A stretch of DNA of 64,000 bases from Zancudomyces culisetae HAW-14-8 (Eukaryota > Fungi > Kickxellomycota), in NCBI GenBank assembly GCA_052426225.1, contig JBNJNM010000014.1:248001-312000 (forward strand), read 5' to 3'. The notes under the pieces were generated by a model. It saw nothing but the letters and a program-made list of their open reading frames with translations, made no database searches and was not told where the DNA came from. Positions 37,552 through 49,700 of the stretch are shown piece after piece (within the stretch, counting starts at the first letter, position 1; every line of letters starts with the position of its first letter). Position numbers and translations under genes: made by a program.

Positions 37552-39274
37552 TTTTTTCTTTACTATCTTTCTAAAAAAAAAAAGTTTTTTATTTGTTATT
37601 TATTTTTTATTTTTTACCAAGGTACAATATATTGATTTAGGTTAGCTAGTTATATTTATCAAACTTTATTACAACTCGCTTGGTTTACTATTAAGCTTAA
37701 AGTATGTATTCTTGTATTCCTTATTTTTTTTTTCTTGCTATATTGGATTCCATTAAAAAAAAAACTAAAAGGGTCTAATTAGCCAATGAAAACAAGTAAA
37801 ATAAAAAAATTTTTTATTATTGTTTTGGTTCCATTGTTTTCAATAAACATAAAGTTAAATAATTTAAATTAAATTAAATCATTCCGCTAATTTTGTCACT
37901 AAAAGCCTCGTTTATTTCATTTATGAACATCACCCGCATTTATTTTACTCTGCTTTACTCTGCTTTATTTTGCTTTACTTTCAGTTGAGTAATCGTGATA
38001 TGTTGTGTTTATAAACCATGATGTTTATAACTGTTTCTTTTTTTTTGTCTCTTGTTTGATCCTTATCCTCATCCAGATACTATATTATACTATACTTATA
38101 CTATGTACTTATTATTATCTATCACCACCTTTGTAATTATTATTATTTACTTTTTTTGATTCTTGATTAAACGTAATACTAAACAAAAAATAAAGCCTGT
38201 ATAATGTACAATTAAAACCCAAAAAAGTTCCCTAAAAAATTTTATATTTTGGATATACCATCATTTCTACATCTTTGCCTTTATTGACACTCTTCCTTTT
38301 CAACTTGTTCTTTGTGACTAAATATAATCTCACTCTAGAAAGAAAAATTAAAGAATGATACGCTTCCCTTTTTCCATTTTTGCGCACAGATTTCTTTTTC
38401 ATTGTTCTTGTTAATCTCTCACCCCCTCACTATTCCGTAAATAAAAAAATAAAAAAATAATGAGTAAATCAAAAACGAATTTAGCGTGCTGATACAATTA
38501 TTTAATATGACTTTTTTTTATATATTTTTTATGCAACTACACTTTTTATATAATAAAAACGATTAAAGCTAGTACATGATATAAAGTACCTCTTTTATTA
38601 TTTCATTTATTATAGCAAGAGAGGTAAATGATGTGTACGCTTTTTTTTAAAAAAAATGGTTTTTAAACTATTATCTTTATTATTATAGCTTGATTTTGGG
38701 ATATATCAAATGTATTAAATGTATTAAATGTATTAATGTATATATTAATGTATATATATATATATATTTATTTTGGATCATATTATTTATGAGGGTTACT
38801 TGTTATTTTCGATTTTTCAATTTATTAATTATGGAAAATCAGAGAGTTGGGCTAATCAAAAAAAAAATTATACAAAAAAAATAGGAAAAAAAAAAAAAAA
38901 ACTAATCGAGCCAAGTCAAATCAAGTCAAATCAACATATCAAGACTATGCAAAAAATTTTATACTTTATTGATTACTATGTGTAAAAGAAAAGAAAAGTA
39001 AAGAAAAGTAAAAAAAAAATAATTTAAGGTTTTAGAATCAATCTTGAAGCTTATCAAAATACCACTTTACTTTACAAAGTGTATTCTATTTTGTTTAGTT
39101 TAGCTTAATTTAGTTTAGCTTTGTTTTCTGTACTTGTATTTTATTCCTTTTTTTTTTCCAAAATACAAAAAAAGAAAAAAGAAAACAAACATAATACAAG
39201 TAAATTAAAAGAATATAAAAAAAAATAGAAGACGGGAGAAAAAAAAAGAGTGAGAGTGAGAGTGAAGGAAACAA

Positions 39275-41686
39275 ATGTTACGGCATAATATTAGGGGCCT
39301 AAGCCCAAAACTCAACAGTATATCCAAATGCCAAGGTGTTGCGAGATCAATCCCAGCAGTCCACCGATTAAATGCTGGGAGCTCTTATATTTTACCAACA
39401 TGCCAACCAAAAGTATACCACAAACTTGGCAGTTCTGGAGTTGGTGGTTCAAATCATTTGGATTTTTTGTTTAGATCCTTTTCGACAACTCGAATGTACA
39501 GACAACAATCAGAGCAACAACAGCAGGAGCAGCCAGCAGCTACTGATCTCGAGGGAGTTTACCAATATTCAGAAAAGGAAATGGAGCGGCTAACCAAGAT
39601 TCGAAATATTGGAATTTCGGCACACATTGATAGTGGAAAAACCACGTTGACTGAACGTATACTGTACTTCACTGGTAAAATCAAGGAGATTCATGAGGTC
39701 AAGGGCAAGGATCAAGTAGGAGCAACTATGGATTGGATGGAACTGGAGCGTGAGCGAGGAATTACAATCCAGTCAGCTGCCACATATGCATCATGGAAGG
39801 ACCACAATATCAATATTATTGATACGCCAGGGCATATTGATTTTACAATTGAAGTGGAACGAGCACTTCGAGTATTAGATGGAGCAGTCCTTGTAGTGTG
39901 TGGTGTCGGAGGTGTACAGAGTCAGACGATTACAGTGGATCGACAAATGAAACGATATGGGGTACCAAGAATAGCATTTATCAACAAGATGGATCGTGCG
40001 GGAGCAAATGCATACCGCGCGGTTGAGATGCTTAATTCAAAGCTCAAACTGAATGCGGCAATGGTTACAATTCCAGTAATGACACCAGAGTTCCGCGGAG
40101 TTGTGGATGTAGTAAAAATGAAGTTATTGACATATGAGGGACATAGTGGAATTGATGTGGTAGAGAGTGATGAGATTCCTCAGGATGTTGTTGAGAAGGC
40201 ACAGGAAGCACGTGCGAATCTGATTGGAATACTTGCGGATATTGACGAGCATATTTGCGAGTTGTATTTGGAGGAAAAAGAACCTACAGAGACAGAGTTG
40301 TATGACGCTATAAGACGTGCAACGATTAGCAACAGCTTTGTACCGGTGTTTGTAGGATCAGCATTCAAAAACATTGGGGTTCAGACGTTGCTAGATGGAG
40401 TATTGAAGTATTTGCCAAACCCATCAGAACGAACCAATGTTGCATTAGATACAGCCAAAGACGAAGTACGAGTGGCATTGCGAGCAGACTCAGCGCTTGG
40501 GTTTTGTGGACTTGGATTTAAACTTGAGGAAGGGCGATATGGACAATTGACGTATATACGAGTATACCAAGGAAAATTGGAGAGAGGATCAACAATATAC
40601 AACATTAGAACAGGGAAAAAGACCAAGGTATCTAGATTGGTAAGAATGCATTCAAACAGTATGGAAGATGTAAGCGAGATTTGTGCAGGGGAAATCTGTG
40701 CATTGTTTGGAATAGATTGTGCGTCAGGAGACACATTTACGGATGGAAAAGAGTGTTTCTATACGATGGAGTCGATGTTTGTGCCAGAGCCAGTGATTAG
40801 TTTGTCATTGGCGCCAAAAGAACGTACCAACCCAAACTTTTCAAGAGCACTGAGTAGGTTCCAGCGAGAAGATCCGACATTCCGAGTACGAGTGGATCCA
40901 GATAGCAAAGAAACTGTGATTTATGGGATGGGAGAGTTGCATTTGGATATTTATGTACAGCGCATGAAGCGAGAATATGGAGTGGAGTGTGTGACGGGCA
41001 AGCCATTAGTAGCGTACCGAGAGACGATTGGAGCCAAATCGGAATTCAACCATACACACAAGAAACAGACGGGAGGAGCCGGACAGTTTGCGCGAGTTAT
41101 TGGATATATCGAGCCAATCAGTTATGACATTGAGCAGATCTACAGCAAGAACGAGTTTGTTAATAATGTCACAGGAGGCAAGATTCCTACCCAATACTTG
41201 CCGGCTTGTGAAAAGGGCTTTGGAGATGCTGTTGCTCAGGGTGCCATTTGTGGATACCCAATGGTTAACGTGCGGTTTGAGGTACATGATGGACTGGCAC
41301 ACGCAGTCGACAGTAGTGAATTGGCTTTTAGAGTAGCTACATTCCATGCATTCCGCGATGCTGTAAAGACCGCCAATCCTATAGTATTGGAACCTATTAT
41401 GGATGTAGAAGTCACTGCTCCTGTCGAATACCAAGGAAATGTGTTGGGTTCATTGAATAAGCGTGGAGGTTTGATTTCAGATACTGAAAATCTTAACGAA
41501 GAATACTGTCTAGTCAAGGCCCAAGTTAGTTTGAATGCCATGTTTGGATACAGTAATGAACTGCGTAGTTTGACCCAAGGAAAAGGTGAATTTAGTATGG
41601 ATTACTTGAAACATTCTCCAGTTCCTCGTAGTGAACAAGAATTAATGATTAAAGAATACCAAAAAAAGAATTCCTCTAAAAACTAG
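39275..41686 (+). CDS. MEF1: Mitochondrial elongation factor G1
   Basis: Basic/Ser-rich N-terminal presequence; [26 protein letters not shown]; GMGELHL; [11 protein letters not shown]; [10 protein letters not shown]. Confidence 0.96.
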   Translation: MLRHNIRGLSPKLNSISKCQGVARSIPAVHRLNAGSSYILPTCQPKVYHKLGSSGVGGSNHLDFLFRSFSTTRMYRQQSEQQQQEQPAATDLEGVYQYSEKEMERLTKIRNIGISAHIDSGKTTLTERILYFTGKIKEIHEVKGKDQVGATMDWMELERERGITIQSAATYASWKDHNINIIDTPGHIDFTIEVERALRVLDGAVLVVCGVGGVQSQTITVDRQMKRYGVPRIAFINKMDRAGANAYRAVEMLNSKLKLNAAMVTIPVMTPEFRGVVDVVKMKLLTYEGHSGIDVVESDEIPQDVVEKAQEARANLIGILADIDEHICELYLEEKEPTETELYDAIRRATISNSFVPVFVGSAFKNIGVQTLLDGVLKYLPNPSERTNVALDTAKDEVRVALRADSALGFCGLGFKLEEGRYGQLTYIRVYQGKLERGSTIYNIRTGKKTKVSRLVRMHSNSMEDVSEICAGEICALFGIDCASGDTFTDGKECFYTMESMFVPEPVISLSLAPKERTNPNFSRALSRFQREDPTFRVRVDPDSKETVIYGMGELHLDIYVQRMKREYGVECVTGKPLVAYRETIGAKSEFNHTHKKQTGGAGQFARVIGYIEPISYDIEQIYSKNEFVNNVTGGKIPTQYLPACEKGFGDAVAQGAICGYPMVNVRFEVHDGLAHAVDSSELAFRVATFHAFRDAVKTANPIVLEPIMDVEVTAPVEYQGNVLGSLNKRGGLISDTENLNEEYCLVKAQVSLNAMFGYSNELRSLTQGKGEFSMDYLKHSPVPRSEQELMIKEYQKKNSSKN

Positions 41687-41742
41687 TTTTATACTATTTT
41701 TTTTATTATCTTTTTATTTTTATTTTAATAAAACATCCTTTA

Positions 41743-42444
41743 TTAATTAAAAGTATTTTTCATCAATTCATCAAAGTACATTGCCAATTTATCAGCCATT
41801 CGAGAAATCACACTATCATTGCCATTAAACAATCGACAGTTTGACACCATCAACGCCACATCATCAACAAACTGCCCAACATGAGTATACCGACCCAGCC
41901 GTTCTTGGTCAATTGTGCCAAGATCCATCGGTCGTTTTACAATCTCGGTATATTGCGGAACGTTCTGGGCAATTGGATCCACTGGATACAGAAATTCGGC
42001 TGCATCATCGCTGACCATTAGTTGAGTTAGTACACGACGACATTTATTAATTTCAGCTTGATCAAGAATTCGTCCTTTTACACTACTAAAATGTGTACTA
42101 GTATTAGTATTAGTATTACTATTACTAGTATTGGTTGAGTTGGTTGTGTTGGAGTTTGTTTTTTGTATAAATCTAATCTTTTGTAACTTGGTCTTTGTCT
42201 TTGTCATGGAAATTGTAGTGTTTTTCAACTTGTACTTTTTCAATCTTTGAATATTCTTGAATTTTAGTTTTAATTTCAAACCTGTCTTTGAATTATTATA
42301 AGATAGTTTGGAATATACAAATCGTAAATTGCCGTTGTAGTTGTAACGGTATTTAAAGTTGGCATTGAATTTATAATTTAGTAAATGAGGAGGTTGATGA
42401 ATAACTGGTTTAATTGTTGTGGGAAACGTCGTCTTGGTAGTGGA

Positions 42445-42478
<34 letters not shown>

Positions 42479-45400
42479 GTAGCTTTTGGAGCAGTGGAAG
42501 TAATAGTCTTGATACCAGTAGTAATCTTGGGAGTAGTCTTGATACCAGTAGTAGTAGTAGTAATATTAGCAGGATCATTAAAGTACAACTTGATTTTCTT
42601 TAATGTAATATGACGTTTTTGACGAATTCGAATTCGAACTTTGGGTTCAACAAGTTGACCAGAAACACTGGTAGTACCAGTATTAGTACCAGTATTAGTA
42701 TTAGTATTGGTACTAGTATTGGTAGTGGGAGTATAGATAGGAACAGGAGCAGAGACAGAGACAGGGACAGGGATAGAAACAGAAACAGCTGTTGATTTTG
42801 TTGTTGGTTTTGTTGCTGTTGGGGTTGGAATTGTAGTTGGAATTGATGTTGGTTTTGTTGCTGTTGCTGTTACTGTTACTGTGGGAGTTGGAGTTGGAGT
42901 TGAAGTTGGAATTGAAGTTGGAGTTGAAGTTGGTACAATAGAATTATTGATAAATTTGGTGTCAAAAATACGTTTCAAGAATTGTTTGGTAATGATTGGC
43001 TGGTTAGAGGTATTCATTACACCAGCCAATAACAAGGAAGTATCAAGAGACAAGGATACGGATAAGGATGAAGAAGAAGGAGAAGAGGAAGAAGAAAAAA
43101 GACCTTGTTCAACAGCCATCATTACATTAAACAAACAATACGCAGTATATTCCCGAACCGAATACGATTGATCATTAGCAGCCAACATGAACAAGTATTC
43201 ATAAATTGTTTTGTTACAGCCAAAAGAAGAAGAAGAGGAAGAAGAAGAACAAGTGATTCCAACAAGAGCCAAAATTCCAATGGCGGCAATACGTACATCA
43301 ACATAGTTTGAGGGAAAAGAGGCAGCGAATAACATTCTCAAATCCAGTACAGGAACTACAGATTGGACTAGAGCAAATTTGAGTTTGGCAAATAACGCAG
43401 CTACAGTAATAACATTTCCAAACGACAGTGGAAGAATCGCATCGAGTTTCCGATGACGTTCGATTTCGGTATGAACACAAAGCAGCTCGGAAATGGCAAT
43501 TGGGTAGTGCTCGGAATGTTGCGACAACAGCACGGCTTTGGCCACAAGATTGGAAAGATTGGTTAGCAGCGCGGCTATATAATAGCTATCGGAATAAACA
43601 CCATTGCACGAATTGTCGTTATATTTAAGAGCATTCCATAGAATCTGCAACACTGTAGCTGGAATTGTTCCGTTTGGATAAACCACTGTAGATATGGCTG
43701 TCAACACTGCCTTCATTGTAAAATACTCTCCATAATTGCTGAAATTGTTTTTCTTGGGATACAGCTTCTCCTGCTGTTCCTGCTCCACCTCGCAATATCG
43801 GTGTCGATAGATTTCTACCAAATGATGCAAGCCTATATAATCCAACGAGCTAGTCGCCAACCGTGCCAGTGCCATCGCCGCATCCGCTCGTACTCGATAA
43901 TACACCCGCGTATCCATCACTGTCCGCATCAACGACGTGCTGGCTGCTGCCGAAGGCAAATACTTCAGCGCATCAACACTCTCGACCTGCGCAACCACGT
44001 CTCGGTCGCGTTGTAGCTGCGCTGCCCACATATAATCCGCCTGTTCAAACTGAATGCGACACGCCCATTCCATATCGCTGTCTATGCGAATCCACTCCAC
44101 CGACGAACTGTGCAGACTGGCCTCGTCGTCTTCGCCCCATTCCACCACCCGCCATTTTTGCTTTTCCGCCTCGCTTTCTGCCCCAAACATTGCTATATTG
44201 CTGTATATTTCCTCATCTTCTTCTGCTGCTGCCGTTGCTGTTCCAGCTGTTGTTCCAGTTGTTGTTCCTGTTCCTGTTCCTGTTTGTTCTTGCATACTCG
44301 CTACCTGCAACTCCTCAGCTGCTGCTGCCATCTGTCGCAGTTGAAACCGCTTAGTCGCTCGTCTAATCCGCTTATATTTGGTGTTGAATTGCACCTCAAA
44401 CTTTTGCTCTTGTGCCTTAATATCTAAAACATGCTCGTATGGCGTCCCGTCGGCTTCTCGTACTCGCACTGTCATTTGGCCTGTAAATATTTGTGGCTTC
44501 GAATACGTCGTCTTGGCATATAAATTCGTCGATTGCTGTTCCATACTCAGCTCAACCACCAGCTTTTTGCGGTTGAATTGATACCCAACTTTAAACACTG
44601 GACATCCTGTCCCAAATATCCATTGCTCTGCAAACTCTCGTAAATCTACCCCACTCACCTTCCGACACATTCGCAAAAACATACTTGTTCCTATCCCATT
44701 CGCCAACCCCAATTCTCCTACCATCGCCGCTGATACTAACCGTGGAACCACTCTCATCAGTCCCAAACTAGCTCCTCTCTTTTGCATTCTCTTATCCAAC
44801 ATATACAACACTATCGGCGCTTTCAACTCCATAAATCTTTGTTCCTCAAAATCTAACACTCGTGCCATATTTGCATAACTTAATGGCTTTTGGTTAATGT
44901 CTGCCTCTACCAACTTGCCCAACTCTCGTTTCATACTATAATTATATTCATTGTTTCCCATACTATACCGCCAATACTTACTACTCACATGCTGTGCCAG
45001 CCCTTCTATCAACCAACTATCCGTCCACCTCTCACTCACCATATACACCCCAAACCACTGCCTCGCCACTGCCTTGCCTATTCGCTGTCGTGCCTCATAC
45101 ACCGGTTCTATCACCTCCTCCCCATGCAATATTTCACTCGATATTAGCGTTATTGACGCTCCCGATATCTCTCGTTGTCTAAGATTGTCGATTGCTACTA
45201 TCTTGTAACTCGTATATGGATATGCTCCTACTTTTTTACTCAAATACTCCAATTCATCCGCAATAAACTCGGTTGTCGCTTTTAATTCTCGTTGATATTC
45301 TATCGATGCAAATCCAAATACTCCTCCTATACCTTCCTCTTCCTCTTTCTCTTTATCCTCTTTTTCTTTTTCTTTCTCCTTTTGCTTTTCTTTTTCCTTT

Positions 45401-46359
45401 TCCTTTTCCTTTTCCTTTTCTTTTTCGATTTCTTTATCTTTTTTCTCTCTCTCATTTTTCTCTACTCTTACAATCTGTTTACTCTTTTCTATCACTATAG
45501 CAGCTCCAAACTCTCCTGCCGCAAATACTATCCCACACGCTGCTGTCGCCACTGCAACCACATAGCTAAACACCGTCTTTTCCTCCCCCTCTACTCCCCC
45601 CTCTACTCCTCCTCCTCCTCCTCTTCCTGGATGTCGGTATTGCCCAAGTAATTCACCACTAGCTACCACCACCATTTTTTTTGGCACTACAAACCGTAAA
45701 TCCCACGTCTGTCTCTCTGAATACTCATCAATACATGGAACCCATCGTCTCGCTATCCCTGGTTTATTGTTCGAATTTTCTATATATACCACTGGACTCC
45801 CATTGTTTTGTCGTTGTACTACTATGCCCGAAATCGGTTTTGTTATTTCGTACCAAATCCGCACCCTAAGCAATATTTCCTCTTCCTCTTCTTCTTCCTT
45901 TTCCTCTTCATCCTTATCTTGATCCATTTTATTTTCAACAACACCACCTTCTCCCACCTGTTTCTCTTTCTCTTTCTCTTTCTCTTTCTCTTTCTCTTTT
46001 TCCTTTTTATTGTCTTTACTATTTTTACTCAAGTTTATACATTCCGGAATTTCAATCTCCAACTCGGTACTCCCAACAACATCATATTTCTCAAATACAC
46101 GCTCAACTGCCTGTTCATGAGTCGCAACGCCCAACGAAAACCGTGTATCCATCTCATTTACCGTAACTCTTAAAATCTTGGGTCGCTCATTATGCAGGTG
46201 GATGTACCGGATCTGGTCTGTCTTGGGTTCGATCAGCAGTTCCGTTACTCCGCTGATTTTAGCTGTTTCGTCTCCATCTCGTTGTGTTGTCGGATCGAGC
46301 TTTATGTCTAGATTTAGATTTACTGTTTGATGCTTTACCCTAAACAACCTCATTTTCAT
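41743..46359 (-). CDS. TAF2: TFIID subunit TAF2 with C-terminal bromodomain
   Basis: Aminopeptidase-like TAF2 motifs ARRWVPCID, ARQWFGV, KAPIVLYMLD, QWIFGTGCP, GQMTVRVREADGTPYEHV, EWIRIDSDMEW, QLQRDRDVVAQ; terminal bromodomain FLYPVDP..VPQYTEIVKRPMDLGTI...SNCRLFN. Confidence 0.93.
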
Positions 46360-46788
46360 AACTTTTCATTTCTTTTACTTTTCTCTATCATTTTATCATT
46401 TGCTCCCCCCCTTTTTCCTTTTTCCTTTTCCTTTTCCCTTTTGTCTTTTTCCTTTTTCCTTCACCCCTTTTTTTTCCGGCTTTTTACTAATTCTTTTTTT
46501 TGGTTTCCTTTTATTTTCAACCTATATCAAATAAATTTGAATAAAATTAAATAAACACGAAAATTTATTATTTATTTTGATTTTTTTCTTTTTCTTTTTT
46601 TTTTGATTTTTCGTTTTCCTTTTCGTTTTCCTTTATTGTTATTATTATTTAATTGGGAATTTTGTTTTAATTTCAGATCCCTTTTTTTTAAACATTTTCA
46701 AATCTTTTATTAATATATCAACAAAATAAAACATGCATATAAGAAAAAAAATAAAAACAACTCCCCTCTTTCCCCCGATACTTTCAAT

Positions 46789-49700
46789 CTAACTACATAA
46801 TGGACATACAAGATCCTTCAATTTTACAATTATCCCCTGATTCTGTAAAACAATCAAATCTGCCAAACATTGCCTGTGGTATCCATGTTTACACGCAAAC
46901 ATCATTACATTACGTTCATTCCCACCACCAACATTGCTCTTTTTGTGTACTTGTTTTACTATACCCTTGTTTTTATCTCCTACAGATTTATTATTCTTTA
47001 TCTCGTTTTTTCCTCCATTGGTTACTATACCATTGTCACTAGCTTGATCCTTTTCACCATCACATTCGTTACTTTTGTACAATTGCTCAACTTCCCATCT
47101 TTTATTTTGCTCGCTTTGCATTACATATTCACTCAACCTAACAACCTCATTGATCCTGTCCCTTCCTCTACCTCTAATCCCACCTCCACCATTTGGTCGT
47201 ATGTTTCCCGACCCTAATAATAACCCCGATGTTGATGTTGATGTTGATGTTGATGTCGATGTTGACGACAATGATAATGGTAATGGTAATGAAAGTAATG
47301 ACAATAAATCCATTCCTACAACTGAATACTTTTCCTCGATTTCATACATTTTTTCAAACCTATTCTTTTCTTTGATTCGTCGTCCATCACAAAACAACTC
47401 GTTCCCACAAATCTCACAACCATAATAACTACCTTCAATTCCTCTCGCAACACTTTGCACCCCATCTCCAAACGTTTCATTATTATTACCATTGAATCCC
47501 ACTTCTTTACCTCGGAGTTTATCTTGCATATCCTTACCCAGAATCTGAATCCACTTAAATGTCTTTTTCTCATCATTGCCAAACCCATATTTATTATTGC
47601 AACTAACATTCCATCCCTTCTTCACCCTTGTCGTGTACCTGCTAACTTCATTAAACAAATCTGCATTCAGCATATTCGATATAAACTCAAACATATCATA
47701 CTTGCTGTTATATAACCGAATACTCTGTTTGGCAAGCTCCAGTGTTGCCATATTGCCTGTAATATTTATACTTGCATTTCCATCCATACCTTTATTCATC
47801 GTTGAAGATGATGATACCCAAGTCTCTGAAATCTCTGAAAACTCTGAAATATCTGGTATTGAATGAGACGTAATTTTTTCTTCCACCAAACGAATTATGT
47901 CTCTCAGCAAAAACTCGGTGTTCTTGTTTTGCATGGAATATTGAATCAACGAGTCGAGGATTACTCCAATATACTCCTTAATTTCCCGCTCCTGTTCTTG
48001 TTCTTTTTCTAGTTCGTGTTCCTGTACATTCTTTTCAGCTTGATTTTTTCGCCGAGTAGCATTACAATGTTTATAATAATATTCCAAGTACGTCACCAAC
48101 AATTCTACCCACAATTCCTTGACTTTATCCAACGCATCATCTTGACTATGTTTATCTTTATCTTTATCTTTACCTCTATCTTTAGTATCCTTTGTAGCGG
48201 ATCCAAGATAATTGTCTGATGCATGTTTTACCAAGTTTATCCCTGCAAATAACAAACTCTTGTCCATAATTCTCAATTTACTACTATCGCTCTCAACAAC
48301 TATTAGATACTTGTTCTTAAAAACCTCCATTGCTTCCATATATTTCTTGTGCACAGCATACAACCATATTAATCCTTCATAATTCCCACTTATTCGCAGT
48401 ATGTCTTTAATTACATTATAATATATTCGCAGCTGACCGTGTTCATCCTTTTTCTCTTGTTTTCCTGAATCTAGCCCCACAAAACTGTAAATATTCACCA
48501 AGCAATCAATAACCAACTCTGGCAAATGCTTACAAACCAGGCTAATCAGTCGATAAACCATTTCCTGGGTTTGTTGCTCTCCACATTTATTTAGTACGTT
48601 TGCAATATTTATCTTGAAGGGTTCATCACTCTGATTTCTATTATTACTGGTACCATTATTATCATTTGTAAATTCATGATCATTTGTTTCTACCTGGTCC
48701 AAATGGTTCAAACTACTTGTAAATCGTACTTTTCTTTGTTGTTTATTTGCCTTTTCCTCCATTGTCGCATCATAAAAATACTTGTTGTCCAAATACTCTA
48801 AAAACTTTTGATACTTGAAATATCCCTTATTTTTGTTTCTGAATCGTCGCACAAATCTTGTAGAATAGTTTGGAAATAGCATTGTCATCAAATAAATTAA
48901 TTCCAAGTACTCATCATTCAGTTCACTATTACCTCTGTTCCTCTCAACATTTTTAGTATTGGTAATTCTTGCCAAAACTTCAAAATGACCAAAACTCATT
49001 ACTTGTTCGTCCACTAAACACACATACTTTATCGGATCAATAATAATAAAACTTCTTGAATTATCCAAAACATAATTATCCAGTTCTTCATAACCAACAG
49101 TTCTAATCTCCACGTCATATTGCTCTTGTTCTTGTTCTTGTTCTTGCGCTTTCATTTTATTCTGTTTTTGTTGTTGCCTCCTTTTATTGACCAAATCTCT
49201 AACCAAACCAAAGACCTGAGCCCTTCGTTCATACATATAATCCGTGAGTCTTCCACTAACACCATCAGAATCACCATCATCCCAAACTAAATTTGCCAGT
49301 TGCATATCCATCCTCATAGTCAAAACATCATCAATATAACTCTTGATCGCCCCAATATCATCATGTTTAAGCAATGCAATCATCTCCACAACCCTGTAAA
49401 ACATATTTACCTGGATAAATTCAACAATTTCATCAAGTGCATCAACAGACACCTTGCCAACCAACAACTGTATTGCCATTTCGCTCTCAATATGTGTTTT
49501 ATTTGTCTTGCATTTTACTATTGTTTTCACTATCTCTAAGAGCGCCTCCTCGCTGTAATACACCAGTGGATAATCCAGAATATATATCTCCGCTGCCAAA
49601 CACCCAATCAACCCCATAGATTCTCGCCCAAAATTAGAATTTAACAGTCCGGCTTTCCCTGAGTTGTAACTACTAATAAACCAAAACAACACATTGGCTA

